Assembly (NCBI GenBank): GCA_963751345.1
Contig: CAVVUS010000003.1
Coordinates: 1 to 26,801 of the forward strand
Length of the DNA stretch: 26,801 nucleotides
Reading direction: 5' to 3'
Origin: an uncultured Chloroflexia bacterium
Lineage (GTDB): Bacteria > Chloroflexota > Anaerolineae > B4-G1 > SLSP01
In this document: positions 9,195 to 17,958 of the stretch, one piece after another
How positions within the stretch are numbered: the first letter of the stretch is position 1
Layout: each line of letters starts with the position of its first letter
Made by a program: the position numbers and the translations under genes
Notes under the pieces: model-generated
What the model was told of the DNA's origin: nothing
The model's input: only the letters and a program-made list of their open reading frames with translations
The model's database searches: none

Positions 9195-11138
9195 GGTACG
9201 GCCCAGATCGCTCTGGCGATCTGCTCATGGGTCGCCCTCCGTCGGGAATGGCACCACGATGAAGGGTTCGCCGTCGGGAAGCGTCAGCGGGATTCCCGTC
9301 TCGCTGTCGTAGAGCCCGATGCGCAGCGAGATCCGATCGAGCGGCACCGGCGCGGTCCACGTGAGCGTGTGGGTATCGCGGATCGTCGTGCCGGGCGAGA
9401 GCACGCTCGTCGGGCGGCTGGTGTCGGCGGGCCAACTATCGTGCTGCGCCAGCAGTTGCCCGCTCGCCGTCCAACACGTGGACGAAGGCCGTGTAGTTGA
9501 GCGTCATTGTCCTGCTCTGCCTGCCAGATCAGCGCGACACGCGCCGTGGTCGTCTCCCGGCGCCGCGGTAGTGAGCTGAAAGGGGCCATCGGGGGTGGCC
9601 GCGAGGGCGGTGTAGCCGGTCAGGGTGAGCATGTCGCTCCACGTGTCGTGCCTTGGCACCTCCGGTACCAAGGCGTCGGTCCGCCGCATCAGATAGAACT
9701 CGTCGACCTGGGCCACGATCTCGTAGTTCGTGGACGCAAAGACATCGTAGAAGTAAGACCAGTATTGGCCGTACGGCAGCGGATAGGTACCCATACTCCG
9801 GTCGAGCGCTACGTAGTCGGCGGTCTCGCCCTCGGGGACCCACGGATAGAGATAGATCCGCTCGCGGTGGGAGAGATGCGGGACGAGGGCGTCCTGTGCC
9901 GACACGGCGGCGGCTACGGGCACGGTCTTGAGCACCTGCCTGACCGCCCGATCGTGCGGCACGATCTCGTAGTTGCTGGGCCGGAATGCCGCACCGGGCC
10001 ACATCGGGCTCCACAGCAGCCAGGCGGCAGCCCCTGCCGCCACGAGCAATCCCCCGGCGGGACGCTGCCAGCGCTTCGGCAGCCGCCGAGCGCCCACTGC
10101 GACGGCCCAGAAGAGCACGATCAGGGGGATCGACGGATACCAATCCTCCAGGTGCCCCATGCGGTCGGCGGTGCTGGCGAGCAGGAAGCCGAGGTAGGGA
10201 AGCATGAAGGCTGCCACGGCGGGCGCAAGCAGGAAGAGGAAGAGGCTGGGGGCCAGAAAGACCAGCAGCGCGACCAGGCGGTCAGTCTTGAGCATCTGGC
10301 CCAGCAGGAGCCCAGGCTGGCGGAGCAGGTTCGGCACAATCTGGTCGAGCGACGTGCCCAGGTAGCCGAAGCTATCGCCGGCGTGACGGTAGCCGGTCGT
10401 CCCGTTGAGCGCGGGCAGAAGGACAAAGGGGACGAGGACAAGGTAAGCCGCGCCGACCAGCGTCAGCACGGTGCCGAGCTTGCGCTGTCGCTGCACCAGC
10501 GCCACGTAGAGGCCGACTGCGATGGCCGTGAAGGCCATGTCCTCCTTGCAGAGGAGCGTGATCGCGAGCGCGACCCCCATCGCCCAATATCTGCGCTTGA
10601 GCATCCAGTAGAGCGTGAGTGACGTCGTGAAGACCGCCAGCGTCACGCGACGGAACTCCACCAACGTCATCTGGTGGAGCGTGGGGTTCATCAGGAAGGC
10701 AGCGAGGACCGCCAGCCCCAGCCAGGGGGCGTCGTCACGCAGAAAAAGGTAGATCAGGAGCCCCGACGCGGCCATCAGCACCGATTGGGCGATGAAGAGC
10801 ACGCGGACGTTGGACCACAGCCAGAAGAGCGGCGCATAGAGGGCCAATGCGGGCGAGAAGTGGCTCTGCAGCACCGAGTCCTCGCTCATGGTGGTCGCGA
10901 AGGGGCGGCCCTGGGACGTGTTCCAGATCCCCTGATCGAACTTGGCGAGGTCGAGCGCGCGCGTTCCGAAGCTGTCGTGCTTGCGGATCGTCGCATAGGA
11001 GAAGGCGAGGCTGAAGAGCACCAACAGGACGATGGCGATTCGGTCCGTCCGCTGCAGACCGGCCGCCCACGCCTTGAGGGTGGCGGTAGCCCGCATCAGG
11101 GTGGTGCGCACGGTCGTAGGAATGGGTTCACGTCTCAC
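9190..11138 (-). CDS. DUF2079 family membrane protein, tandem paralog (frameshifted in the C-terminal domain)
   Basis: LDLAKFDQGIWNTSQG, SHFSPAL, MNPTLH, LLCKEDMA, VSAQDALVPHLSHRE. The C-terminal domain is split across ORFs 9504-11138, 9284-9589 and 9190-9435 (VALIWQA, VFVHVL, AQHDS, IRDTHTL). Confidence 0.85.
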
Positions 11139-11189
11139 GGTTTTCGATTGGCGAGCGCCGGGTGGGGTATCGCCCGGCGCTACGCAGCA

Positions 11190-11217
11190 ATCGTACCGCG
11201 TGGCGCATCGATGTCAA
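11190..11217 (-). promoter_or_regulatory. Putative sigma70-type promoter for the DUF2079 pair
   Basis: Minus strand TTGACA-16 bp-TACGAT, about 50 bp upstream of the GTG at 11138. Confidence 0.55.
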
Positions 11218-11253
11218 CCCAGAGCCGGACGACGTGGCCTCGGCGCCCGACAT

Positions 11254-11882
11254 CTACTCGGCTGCAAACCTTGCCGAAGGCTGCGGACTTGACCTTCGCA
11301 AGGTCCAGATACCAGATCAGCATGACCTCGTGGGCGACGTGGGGATGGCCGGCGTAGGCGTAGCGGTCGATCTCGCCAAGCTCGCAGCCCTGGCTGTGAT
11401 AGAACCGGCACGCGGGGACGTTGACGTTCTGGGTCTCGATCTTCATCCGGCGGCAGCCCCGCGCCCGACACCAGCCGGCTGCACGCTGGAAGAGCGCGCG
11501 GCCGATGCCGTGCCCGCGGTGCGCGGGATCGACGCGGATATCCCAGAGCACGCCGAGATCGCTCCGCCCCGCAAGCATGTTCACGCCGGGCGTGTCGTAG
11601 GCGATGGCGGCGGCGCCGACGGGCACGTCTTCGTCGAGGGCAAGCAGGAAGCCCCAGTTCGTCACGTCGAACTCAGAGGGCCAGTCCTGCGGACGGCCCT
11701 CGCCGTAGGCGTCGTAGTCCTTCAGGTAGGGTGTCGGCAGTACCTCCTCGCGGAGCGTAGATCCCGCCGAGGCCGCCCTCGATCAGGGTGGGGCGCAGGA
11801 CCGAGCGGACCTCGAACGCGATGGAGACCGTCGCGTACCGGTCGAGCGCGTCAGGGCCGACCTCGCGGATCTCAATGGGCAT
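11254..11882 (-). CDS. GNAT N-acetyltransferase (streptothricin acetyltransferase-like), frameshifted
   Basis: YATVSIAFEVRSVL, PYLKDYD, LWDIRVDPAHRGHGIGRALF, KIETQNVNVPACRFY, MLIWYLDL. Frameshift near 11755. Correcting one extra base in the embedded palindrome gives a TAG stop at 11254. Confidence 0.85.
11268..11304. repeat. REP-like palindrome (family C: ACCTTGCGAAGG...CCTTCGCAAGGT)
   Basis: accttgc(c)gaagg-ctgcggacttga-ccttcgcaaggt. A second copy lies at 17511-17561 and shares cttgacc(c)ttcgcaaggt. Confidence 0.7.
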
Positions 11883-12739
11883 TCATCCCTCCTGCTCTTG
11901 CCCGCGAGACACCTTCCGGAACCGATAAATCGGTTACTACGAACCTGCGCTTCGCGACGAGTGCCTCGACCGCGTCGATCGTGTCCATCAGCCGCTCGTA
12001 CTGCGCCTCGACCGCGCCGTCGCCTTGCCCCGGGTAGAGGATGGCGTTCACGGCCTCGATGAAGCCCTCCGGCACCTGCTCGAAGTGCTCGATGAAGACC
12101 AGGCTGTTGCCGTCGCCCGCGTAGTAGGTCTCGTTGAGCGCGAAGAGGATCTGGATCAGGTCATGGACGAGCTTCGATGTCAGCCCGGCGAGGAAGACGA
12201 CGTCCCGGCGCGCAACCTTGTGCTGGTAGTGGTAGTCGTGGCGCCAATAGCGAATCGACGCGAGATGCTTATCGAGGAGCGCCTGTCTTCAGCTTGGGTG
12301 GGTAGACCGAGAGCCGGGCGTGCCATCCCGCGAGGATGCCATCGGGATCCTCGATCACCATCTGGTTGTAGACGTCGGTCAGGATGTGATACCCCCAGAT
12401 CGTCCAGACGAGGTCCGGCGTCGTACCCTTGCCCTCCTCCCACGCGTCGATCTGGGCCTCGATCTCGCCGACGGTGCGGACCCAGCACCCGTCGATGGTG
12501 ACGCCCTGCGCGGCCCAGCGGTCTATCGCCTCCTGGAGCACGGCGTATGCCGCGGCCCTGGCTTCCGGCGTGGGCAGCCGCCGCTCGCAGAAGAGGCGAA
12601 AGTCGAGGTCGGATGTGCGGTCGAAGGTGCCCTTGCCGTACGAGCCGCCGATCGAGACGGCATAGGCGCCCTCACCGAGCGCACGGCAGAGCGGGAGCAG
12701 GTCGTCGATGACGGGCTGTGCTTCAGGTGGAATCGCCAT
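11872..12739 (-). CDS. Nucleotidyltransferase-fold protein, DUF4037-like (frameshifted)
   Basis: SIGGSYGKGTFDRTSDLDFRLF, IEDPDGILAGW..YPPKLK, RRDVVFLAGL, LIQILFALNETYYAGD. Frameshifts near 12285 and 12180; the 3' end overlaps the GNAT start. Confidence 0.75.
11918..11945. repeat. REP family A single copy inside the 3' end of the DUF4037 gene
   Basis: ggaaccgataaatcggttactacgaacc is the reverse complement of the 2981-3008 unit with two mismatches. Confidence 0.75.
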
Positions 12740-12774
12740 ATCGGTAGTACTCTCCTAATCGTGACATGAATGGA

Positions 12775-13479
12775 TCAAACGTCTGAAACTGCATCCGCAT
12801 CGGCGGCAATGCGGAATCCATAGAACCGGATCCCGGAGTCAGCCAGGTCCCAGTCGTGGAATGCACATCGCGCCTGCAGCCGGTCGCCGACGAAAGAGCC
12901 ACCACGGATGACCCAGCGTGTACCGTTTGCGGTTCTGGCCCACTCCCAGACGCTGCCCGCCATATCGGTGCATCCGTACGGGCTGTCACCCCGTGGGGAA
13001 TAGTATCCCACCGGCGTGGTCGTCAGAACTCCCGATTCAGCCGTGTTGCATCGGTCCTGGTCCCAGGCGCCCCAGGGGTAGCGACGGCCGTCCGTCCCAC
13101 GGGCGGCCTTCTCCCACTCGGCCTCGAAAGGCTGACGTCCCCCGGCCCACTCGGCGTAGTCCAGGGCGTCGTACCAGGCGATGAGCGCGACGGGATGGTG
13201 CTCCTTGCCGGTCGGATAGCACCGCCGCTCGCGATCCCAGTTGTAGGGCGCGGCCCAATCGCTTGCCTCAAAGGGCACCGGATGCTCGGGGTTTTCGTCG
13301 ATGAAACGCTGGTAGGCAGCGTTGGTCACCGGCGTCCGATCGATCCAAAAGCCGGACACCGTGCGTTCCTCCTTGCCGGGTCCGTAGAGAAACGGGCCGG
13401 CAGGAATCCACACCATATCGCGTTGACGTCCGCCAAGCTGAATCATCTCGAGGGGGTCCTTGAGAGAGGCCCGGACCAC
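12775..13479 (-). CDS. Formylglycine-generating-enzyme (SUMF1/EgtB/PvdO) fold protein, stand-alone
   Basis: MVWIPAGPFLYG, FWIDRTPVTNAAY, HPVALIAWYDALDYAEWAG, EAEWEKAARG, YPWG, DMAGSVWEW, RGGSF, GFRI. GGAGG RBS before the GTG. Confidence 0.9.
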   Translation of the reverse strand: MVRASLKDPLEMIQLGGRQRDMVWIPAGPFLYGPGKEERTVSGFWIDRTPVTNAAYQRFIDENPEHPVPFEASDWAAPYNWDRERRCYPTGKEHHPVALIAWYDALDYAEWAGGRQPFEAEWEKAARGTDGRRYPWGAWDQDRCNTAESGVLTTTPVGYYSPRGDSPYGCTDMAGSVWEWARTANGTRWVIRGGSFVGDRLQARCAFHDWDLADSGIRFYGFRIAADADAVSDV

Positions 13480-13536
13480 GCCTCCCAGAACCAGGAGACA
13501 TAGTCCGGGCCGATCACTTGTAGGGAACTGCTATCG

Positions 13537-14646
13537 CTACGCCAGCTTCTCCAGATCTCGGGCGACGCGGATAGCCTCGGTGTCCTCGGCGGGGATGTTC
13601 GACATGCCCTGCGCGATGGCGCCGATGCGCGTGCACTCGGAGATGGCCAGGCCGAGGTCCAGCGGCTTGGGCTCCGGGCTCGCGAACTTGGTGAAGTTGC
13701 CGTGGTAGATCTTCGCCAGCACGTCATCGGGCAGCCCTAGACCGCGGACGATGCCGTCCTCGGGCTCTCCCAGCAGGAAGTCCACGCCATCCGGCACCCG
13801 GAAGGTGTCCTCCGACTCGAGCCACCGGTAGACGATGCCGGCGCGATAGATCGACTCGTCGATCGTGTTGCGGCTCGAGATGTCGGTGCCGAAGACGATC
13901 TGGTCGGCGTACTTCATGAAGAAGTCGCGGGTCGTGTCGGGATCGCGGGACATGTTGTAGAGCATCTCGATGCCGGGTGTCAGGTCGAAGTGGACGTAAG
14001 GGTGCGCATCGAAGAAGCGCGAGGCGCGATCCAGATCCGCCGACAGGAAGTAGAAGTGGGCGAAGACGATGTGGAGGTCCGGGTGCTTGGCCAGCACCTC
14101 ATCGACCTCACTGTAGAGCTGCTCCTTCTTCACGTCGTTGGGCCCGTAGCCCCATCCCTGCTTCTGTGCCCAGGCGGGCAGCAGTTCGGGCTGCCAGAAC
14201 TCCTCGGGGTCGTTGACGTGCCACACGATCGGCGTGCCAAGCTCCTCGACGCGCGACCAATAGTCGGCGAAATAGGGATCCGTCACCGGGATATCCATCA
14301 TCTGGCGCGAGGTCGGCTTCCCCTCGATCATCTTGATGCCGTCACAGCCCATCGCCTTGAAGCCCTCGGCCTGCGCAACGAGGCTCTGAGTGTTCACGCG
14401 GCCCTCGGAGAGCTTCGCGCCGTGGTTGAGACCGGCGAAGACAAAGAACTTCTGGGGGTGATGCGCTTTCATATAGAGCGACTGCGGAAGCCCCGCCCCA
14501 TCGGCCGGGTTCTGGATGGAGACCAGGTTCGACTTCTCGGCGCCGATTGCGTTCTGGATGTCGAGAATCAGGTTCTCTGTCGAGATGGAACCCATATGGA
14601 CGTGACCGTCCACAATGCCTGTCATCCTTGACTGCCACTCGTTCAT
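13537..14646 (-). CDS. Amidohydrolase family (amidohydro_2) metal-dependent TIM barrel
   Basis: VDGHVH, GIKMIEGKP, PIVWHVNDP, VFAHFYF, VFGTD, YHGNF. Strong RBS AGGAGG. Confidence 0.88.
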   Translation of the reverse strand: MNEWQSRMTGIVDGHVHMGSISTENLILDIQNAIGAEKSNLVSIQNPADGAGLPQSLYMKAHHPQKFFVFAGLNHGAKLSEGRVNTQSLVAQAEGFKAMGCDGIKMIEGKPTSRQMMDIPVTDPYFADYWSRVEELGTPIVWHVNDPEEFWQPELLPAWAQKQGWGYGPNDVKKEQLYSEVDEVLAKHPDLHIVFAHFYFLSADLDRASRFFDAHPYVHFDLTPGIEMLYNMSRDPDTTRDFFMKYADQIVFGTDISSRNTIDESIYRAGIVYRWLESEDTFRVPDGVDFLLGEPEDGIVRGLGLPDDVLAKIYHGNFTKFASPEPKPLDLGLAISECTRIGAIAQGMSNIPAEDTEAIRVARDLEKLA

Positions 14647-14686
14647 GTTCTACCTCCTGGGATGGATCGATTGTGGTTGCTCTTTC

Positions 14687-14715
14687 AGTCTACAATGGAT
14701 CATCGAGACGATCAA
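14687..14715 (-). promoter_or_regulatory. Putative promoter for the amidohydrolase-FGE-NTase-GNAT run
   Basis: Minus strand TTGATC-17 bp-TAGACT upstream of the ATG at 14646. Confidence 0.45.
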
Positions 14716-14716
14716 C

Positions 14717-15094
14717 CTACCGCACTTCCGCCATCAACGCCATGGTGTTGCCCTCGGAGTCCAAGAAGAACGCCATCCAGAGGTCGTGGTCGGGCATCTT
14801 GGCGATCATGTGCGGCTCGCCGGTGATCTCGGCGCCGCGCGCCCTGATGGCCTCGGTAGTGCGCTCGATGTCGTCCACCTTGAAGTAGAGGATCGAGCTC
14901 TCGTGCCCGGCAGCTTCCTCAACCCCGTCCAGCAGCAGTCGCGTGCCGTCGCACTCGAAGAAGGCGAGGTTCCCCGCCTGGAAGAGGAAGGGCAATCCCA
15001 ATACGTCCCGGTAGAAAGCCACGGCCCGCGTAATGTCCTGCACGGGCACCCCGATCTGCCCGATGGTCGAAAGCCCCTTGAATGCGTTATCCAC
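14717..15094 (-). CDS. VOC (glyoxalase/bleomycin-resistance) family protein
   Basis: IGQIGVPVQDITRAVAFYRDVLGL, LYFKVDDI, WMAFFLDSEGNTMALM. Confidence 0.92.
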   Translation of the reverse strand: MDNAFKGLSTIGQIGVPVQDITRAVAFYRDVLGLPFLFQAGNLAFFECDGTRLLLDGVEEAAGHESSILYFKVDDIERTTEAIRARGAEITGEPHMIAKMPDHDLWMAFFLDSEGNTMALMAEVR

Positions 15095-15517
15095 TCCCCA
15101 CCTCCTGTCGTTGAAAGGTATCCTGAACCTGCCACAGATAGCTCACCAGTGCGATGGCTACGATCACTGCCAGCACTTGAGGCATGATGATCTCCATCGC
15201 GTAGGGTGGGCCATCCTGGAACACTTGCACGAAGATCTCAACCGACGCGTAGATGTAGAATCCGGCGACGAACTGGGCGGCGACGTAGCCATACCGCCTG
15301 AGCTGCCACAACCCGACCGCAGCAACGATCGAGGCAGGGGCGTTCACAAGGATGTCGGTGATCGGATACGCCAGGTCCACGCCCTGGGGAAAGGCCAGCA
15401 GAAAGCCCTGCCCCCAGAGGAAGAGGGACCCAAAGAAAGCCAAGAGGCCGAAGAGGAACAGCACGACTGCCAGGGCTCTGATGCGTCGTTTATCGGCTGG
15501 TCAACGCCTTCGACCAA
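15087..15517 (-). CDS. Hypothetical 4-TM membrane protein (frameshift near the N-terminus)
   Basis: RIRALAVVLFLFGLLAFFGSLFLWG..PITDILVNAPASIVAAVGLW..GFYIYASVEIFV..VIVAIALVSYLW. TTG at 15517 follows GAGAGG; the stop overlaps the VOC start. Confidence 0.65.
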
Positions 15518-15534
15518 GTCGCCTGACCTCTCTA

Positions 15535-16013
15535 TCAACGGCGGAGGAGCCCAAGGAAGCGGGAGCAAGAGACCGATCGCGACGAAGCTCAAGGACATCC
15601 ACATCGCCAGTTTCTGGGGGCGGCATCTGGATCATGCTCGACTGTTGATCGCTATCGACATAGGCGTTGACCTCGCGGGCGATCTCGTCCTTGGCGCTCG
15701 CGCCGGACGAGAAGGATGAGGTCAGCGGGACGTTACCGCGGTCCGCCTGGAGCACGACCCGGTAGGTGCAGTCGTCGTCGCAGTGTTCTTCGACCCACGC
15801 GCCCTCCAGCCGCTAATCGTCCTTGGCTTGCCAGCGGAACGCCCATGAACGTGCTTCGCCGCTCACAGACGATGTAGGCGGGCTCCTGGCGCGTGCAGTC
15901 CAGGGTGACGGTCTGCCCAAAGACGACGGTCAGGACCGAACCCAGCACTACGAACACCAGGCTATGATCACCAACGAACAACTGCGACGAAGTCGCGCCA
16001 GCAGAAACATCAT
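15535..16013 (-). CDS. Hypothetical membrane protein: two TM helices flanking a Cys-containing extracellular loop (multiple frameshifts)
   Basis: Stitched: MFLLARLRR..LVFVVLGSVLTVVFGQTVTLDCTRQEPAYIVCERRS..EGAWVEEHCDDDCTYRVVLQADRGNVPLTSSFSSG..MWMSLSFVAIGLLLP..LLRR stop. TGATG coupling with the upstream gene at 16013. Confidence 0.6.
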
Positions 16014-16772
16014 CAGGCTCCTCGCACTTCCGGTAACATCGATCCTCTCCTTGACCTGCTTCCAGGAGGCGGTGACCAGGAAGCTCTCGTCCATGTTACC
16101 GACCATCTGCTCGAAGCCGCGCGAGCGGCACCGTGAAGGTCAGCACGTCGTCCGCCACACACGGCCTTGCCGAGACGTCGAACATCCCCAGGACGCAGCG
16201 CGGGTTGTCCGACCGGGCCTCGGCGTAGGGGTAGGCGACGATCGAGGAACAGCCCGACCCCATCGGGGCGACGACGCCATAGGGATCCGCCACATCGTAG
16301 TTCGCCAGCGTATAGAGCCCCGAGAGTACGTCGGGCGGTCGCGAAGAAGATCGCGGCCAACGGAGTGTCATCGTCGGTCGAGCTTGTCCCAGCGCTTGAA
16401 GACGAGCGTGCGGCCCGGCGCCTCAAAGGGTGGCTGCTGCGTCATCCATTGCTGGACCAGTTCCGGCGACTGCTTATATCGCTCGCCCTCCATCTTGCCG
16501 GGGATGCCACAGGAGAGGAAGACCTCGAAGTTTGGCCGCACCCTATTTGCGAATCCGGTGTAGCGCTTGCCGCCCGGGCAGCCGGGGGTCTTCGCGTCGT
16601 AGACGAGCGTGGTCCCATCAAGGACCCCCGCGACATTGCAGATCAAGCAGCGCTCGCCCGGCACGCTCCCGGGTCGTTCTTCGTCGGTATAGTAGAAGGC
16701 GACCGGCAGATCGGCTTGCCCGAAGTAGCGCTGCCAACGGTCAAGGAAGAGATCTCGAAACTGTGGTTCCAT
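16013..16772 (-). CDS. DUF169 family protein (frameshifted)
   Basis: ATG at 16772 after AGGAGG. LPVAFYY, RCLIC, GCPGGKRYTGF, FLSCGIPG..EGERYKQSPE, PDVLSGLYTLANYD, APMGSGCSSIVAYPY, VLGMFDVSARP, MDESFLVTASW. Confidence 0.82.
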
Positions 16773-16907
16773 TGCGCCTCCTATGTTGTTTCGTTCGGGC
16801 CCTCGCTGACAAGCCGGGGCGTCTTGCCTCTGAGGGTGCTCCTGTGCCGTGACAGACGCCATGATCGACGCGCGGCCATGCAGCGCTCGCACCTGCGGCT
16901 TTCGGCG

Positions 16908-17349
16908 TCAGTCGTAGCTGTCGCGCGTCTCCTTGTCTGTCATTGTGGGCTCGAGACGTGGCGCCCACCCAGCATCGTCCCAGGTGCCGAGCCGTGTGTG
17001 CATCTCAAGATACTTCGTCGGTATCGGGTGCGTGCCGACCACCACCTTCAGCCCATACCGCTCGCGCAGGTACGCTCTCGAATGTGTCGATGTAAGGGCA
17101 CGGTGGGTAGCCTACAACCATGCCTGTCGCCAGATGGACGACTTCGGCACCGTTCTTGACCATCTCGTCGGCGGCATACTCGACGTTGCCGCCCGGGCAA
17201 CCGTCACATGTTGTGTAGCCTACCAACTCCACGTCCGTATCAGCGTAGGCCTCGAACGCGCCCTGCCGATTTCTGAGGGCGCGAAGGCACTTTCCTCCGG
17301 CACAGCGCCGATAGCGATCGCAGATGATGATGCCAACTTTGGTTGTCAC
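16908..17349 (-). CDS. CGGC domain protein (Cys-rich, putative metal-binding), frameshifted
   Basis: KVGIIICDRYRRCAGGKCLRAL..GAF..Y..VELVGYTTCDGCPG..VHLATGMVVGYPPCPY, then after a frameshift VVVGTHPIPTKY..ETRDSYD stop. GGAGGA RBS before the GTG at 17349. Confidence 0.88.
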
Positions 17350-17510
17350 TTGTTTCCTCCTGATGACGATGCAGGCCGCTCCAAGCGGCACGATTGCCGG
17401 ATTTCATGGATGGCAGGATGCCCTGCCTGCAGGTTGAACGGCAGAGGTCTTGCCCACTCCGGCACATGCACACCCGTGCGCGGTCAGGACTTTACCACTC
17501 TGCTCGCATC

Positions 17511-17561
17511 AACCTTGCGAAGGCGGCCCGAGCAGACTCGGGCTTGACCCTTCGCAAGGTT
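17511..17561. repeat. REP-like long palindrome (family C), downstream of the cupin gene
   Basis: aaccttgcgaagg-cg-gcccgag-caga-ctcgggc-ttgac-ccttcgcaaggtt: 13-bp outer and 7-bp inner perfect stems. Confidence 0.75.
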
Positions 17562-17575
17562 CCGGATGCCGGCAT

Positions 17576-17902
17576 CTACTCGTTGAGGTATTCCTCGCGC
17601 ACGGGTGAAAAGAGCTCGACGATGACCGAGTCCTCCAGGACGCGCACGCCGTGACGCTCGTCGCCCAGGAAGCACCAGTTGTCGCCGGGCGTGGTGTCGA
17701 CCTCGCTCTCCTCAGTCACGAAAATAACGTGACCGCTGATGAGGTAGCCCGTCTGCTCGTGGGGATGGCTGTGCATCGGGATCTCGCTGCCCTCCGCCAG
17801 TTGGAACTTGACCATCAGCGTCTTCTCGCCGTGGCACAGGGTCTGCATCCGGATCCCCGGCAGCATCTCCCGGTAGCCTTCCATCGTCGATTTCTCTAGC
17901 AT
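17576..17902 (-). CDS. Cupin domain protein
   Basis: PMHSHPHEQTGYLISG, PGDNWCFLGDERHGVRVLEDSVIVELFSPVREEY. Confidence 0.92.
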   Translation of the reverse strand: MLEKSTMEGYREMLPGIRMQTLCHGEKTLMVKFQLAEGSEIPMHSHPHEQTGYLISGHVIFVTEESEVDTTPGDNWCFLGDERHGVRVLEDSVIVELFSPVREEYLNE

Positions 17903-17958
17903 ATGTATGAGACTCCCTGTCTATGTGGTCTACGCTGCGCTTGGGCGCTTACGGCGGG

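Noticed and set aside
11180-11253. Long GNAT C-terminal extension to 11180
   Set aside because: Runs over a good TTGACA/TACGAT promoter and disappears when one base in the palindrome is corrected.
2981-17561. CRISPR array
   Set aside because: The repeats are dispersed and inverted, not regularly spaced direct repeats; no cas genes.
17440-17590. yybP-ykoY manganese riboswitch (GGCAAGACC-like segment)
   Set aside because: The required upstream GGGGAGUAG element and correct motif order are absent.
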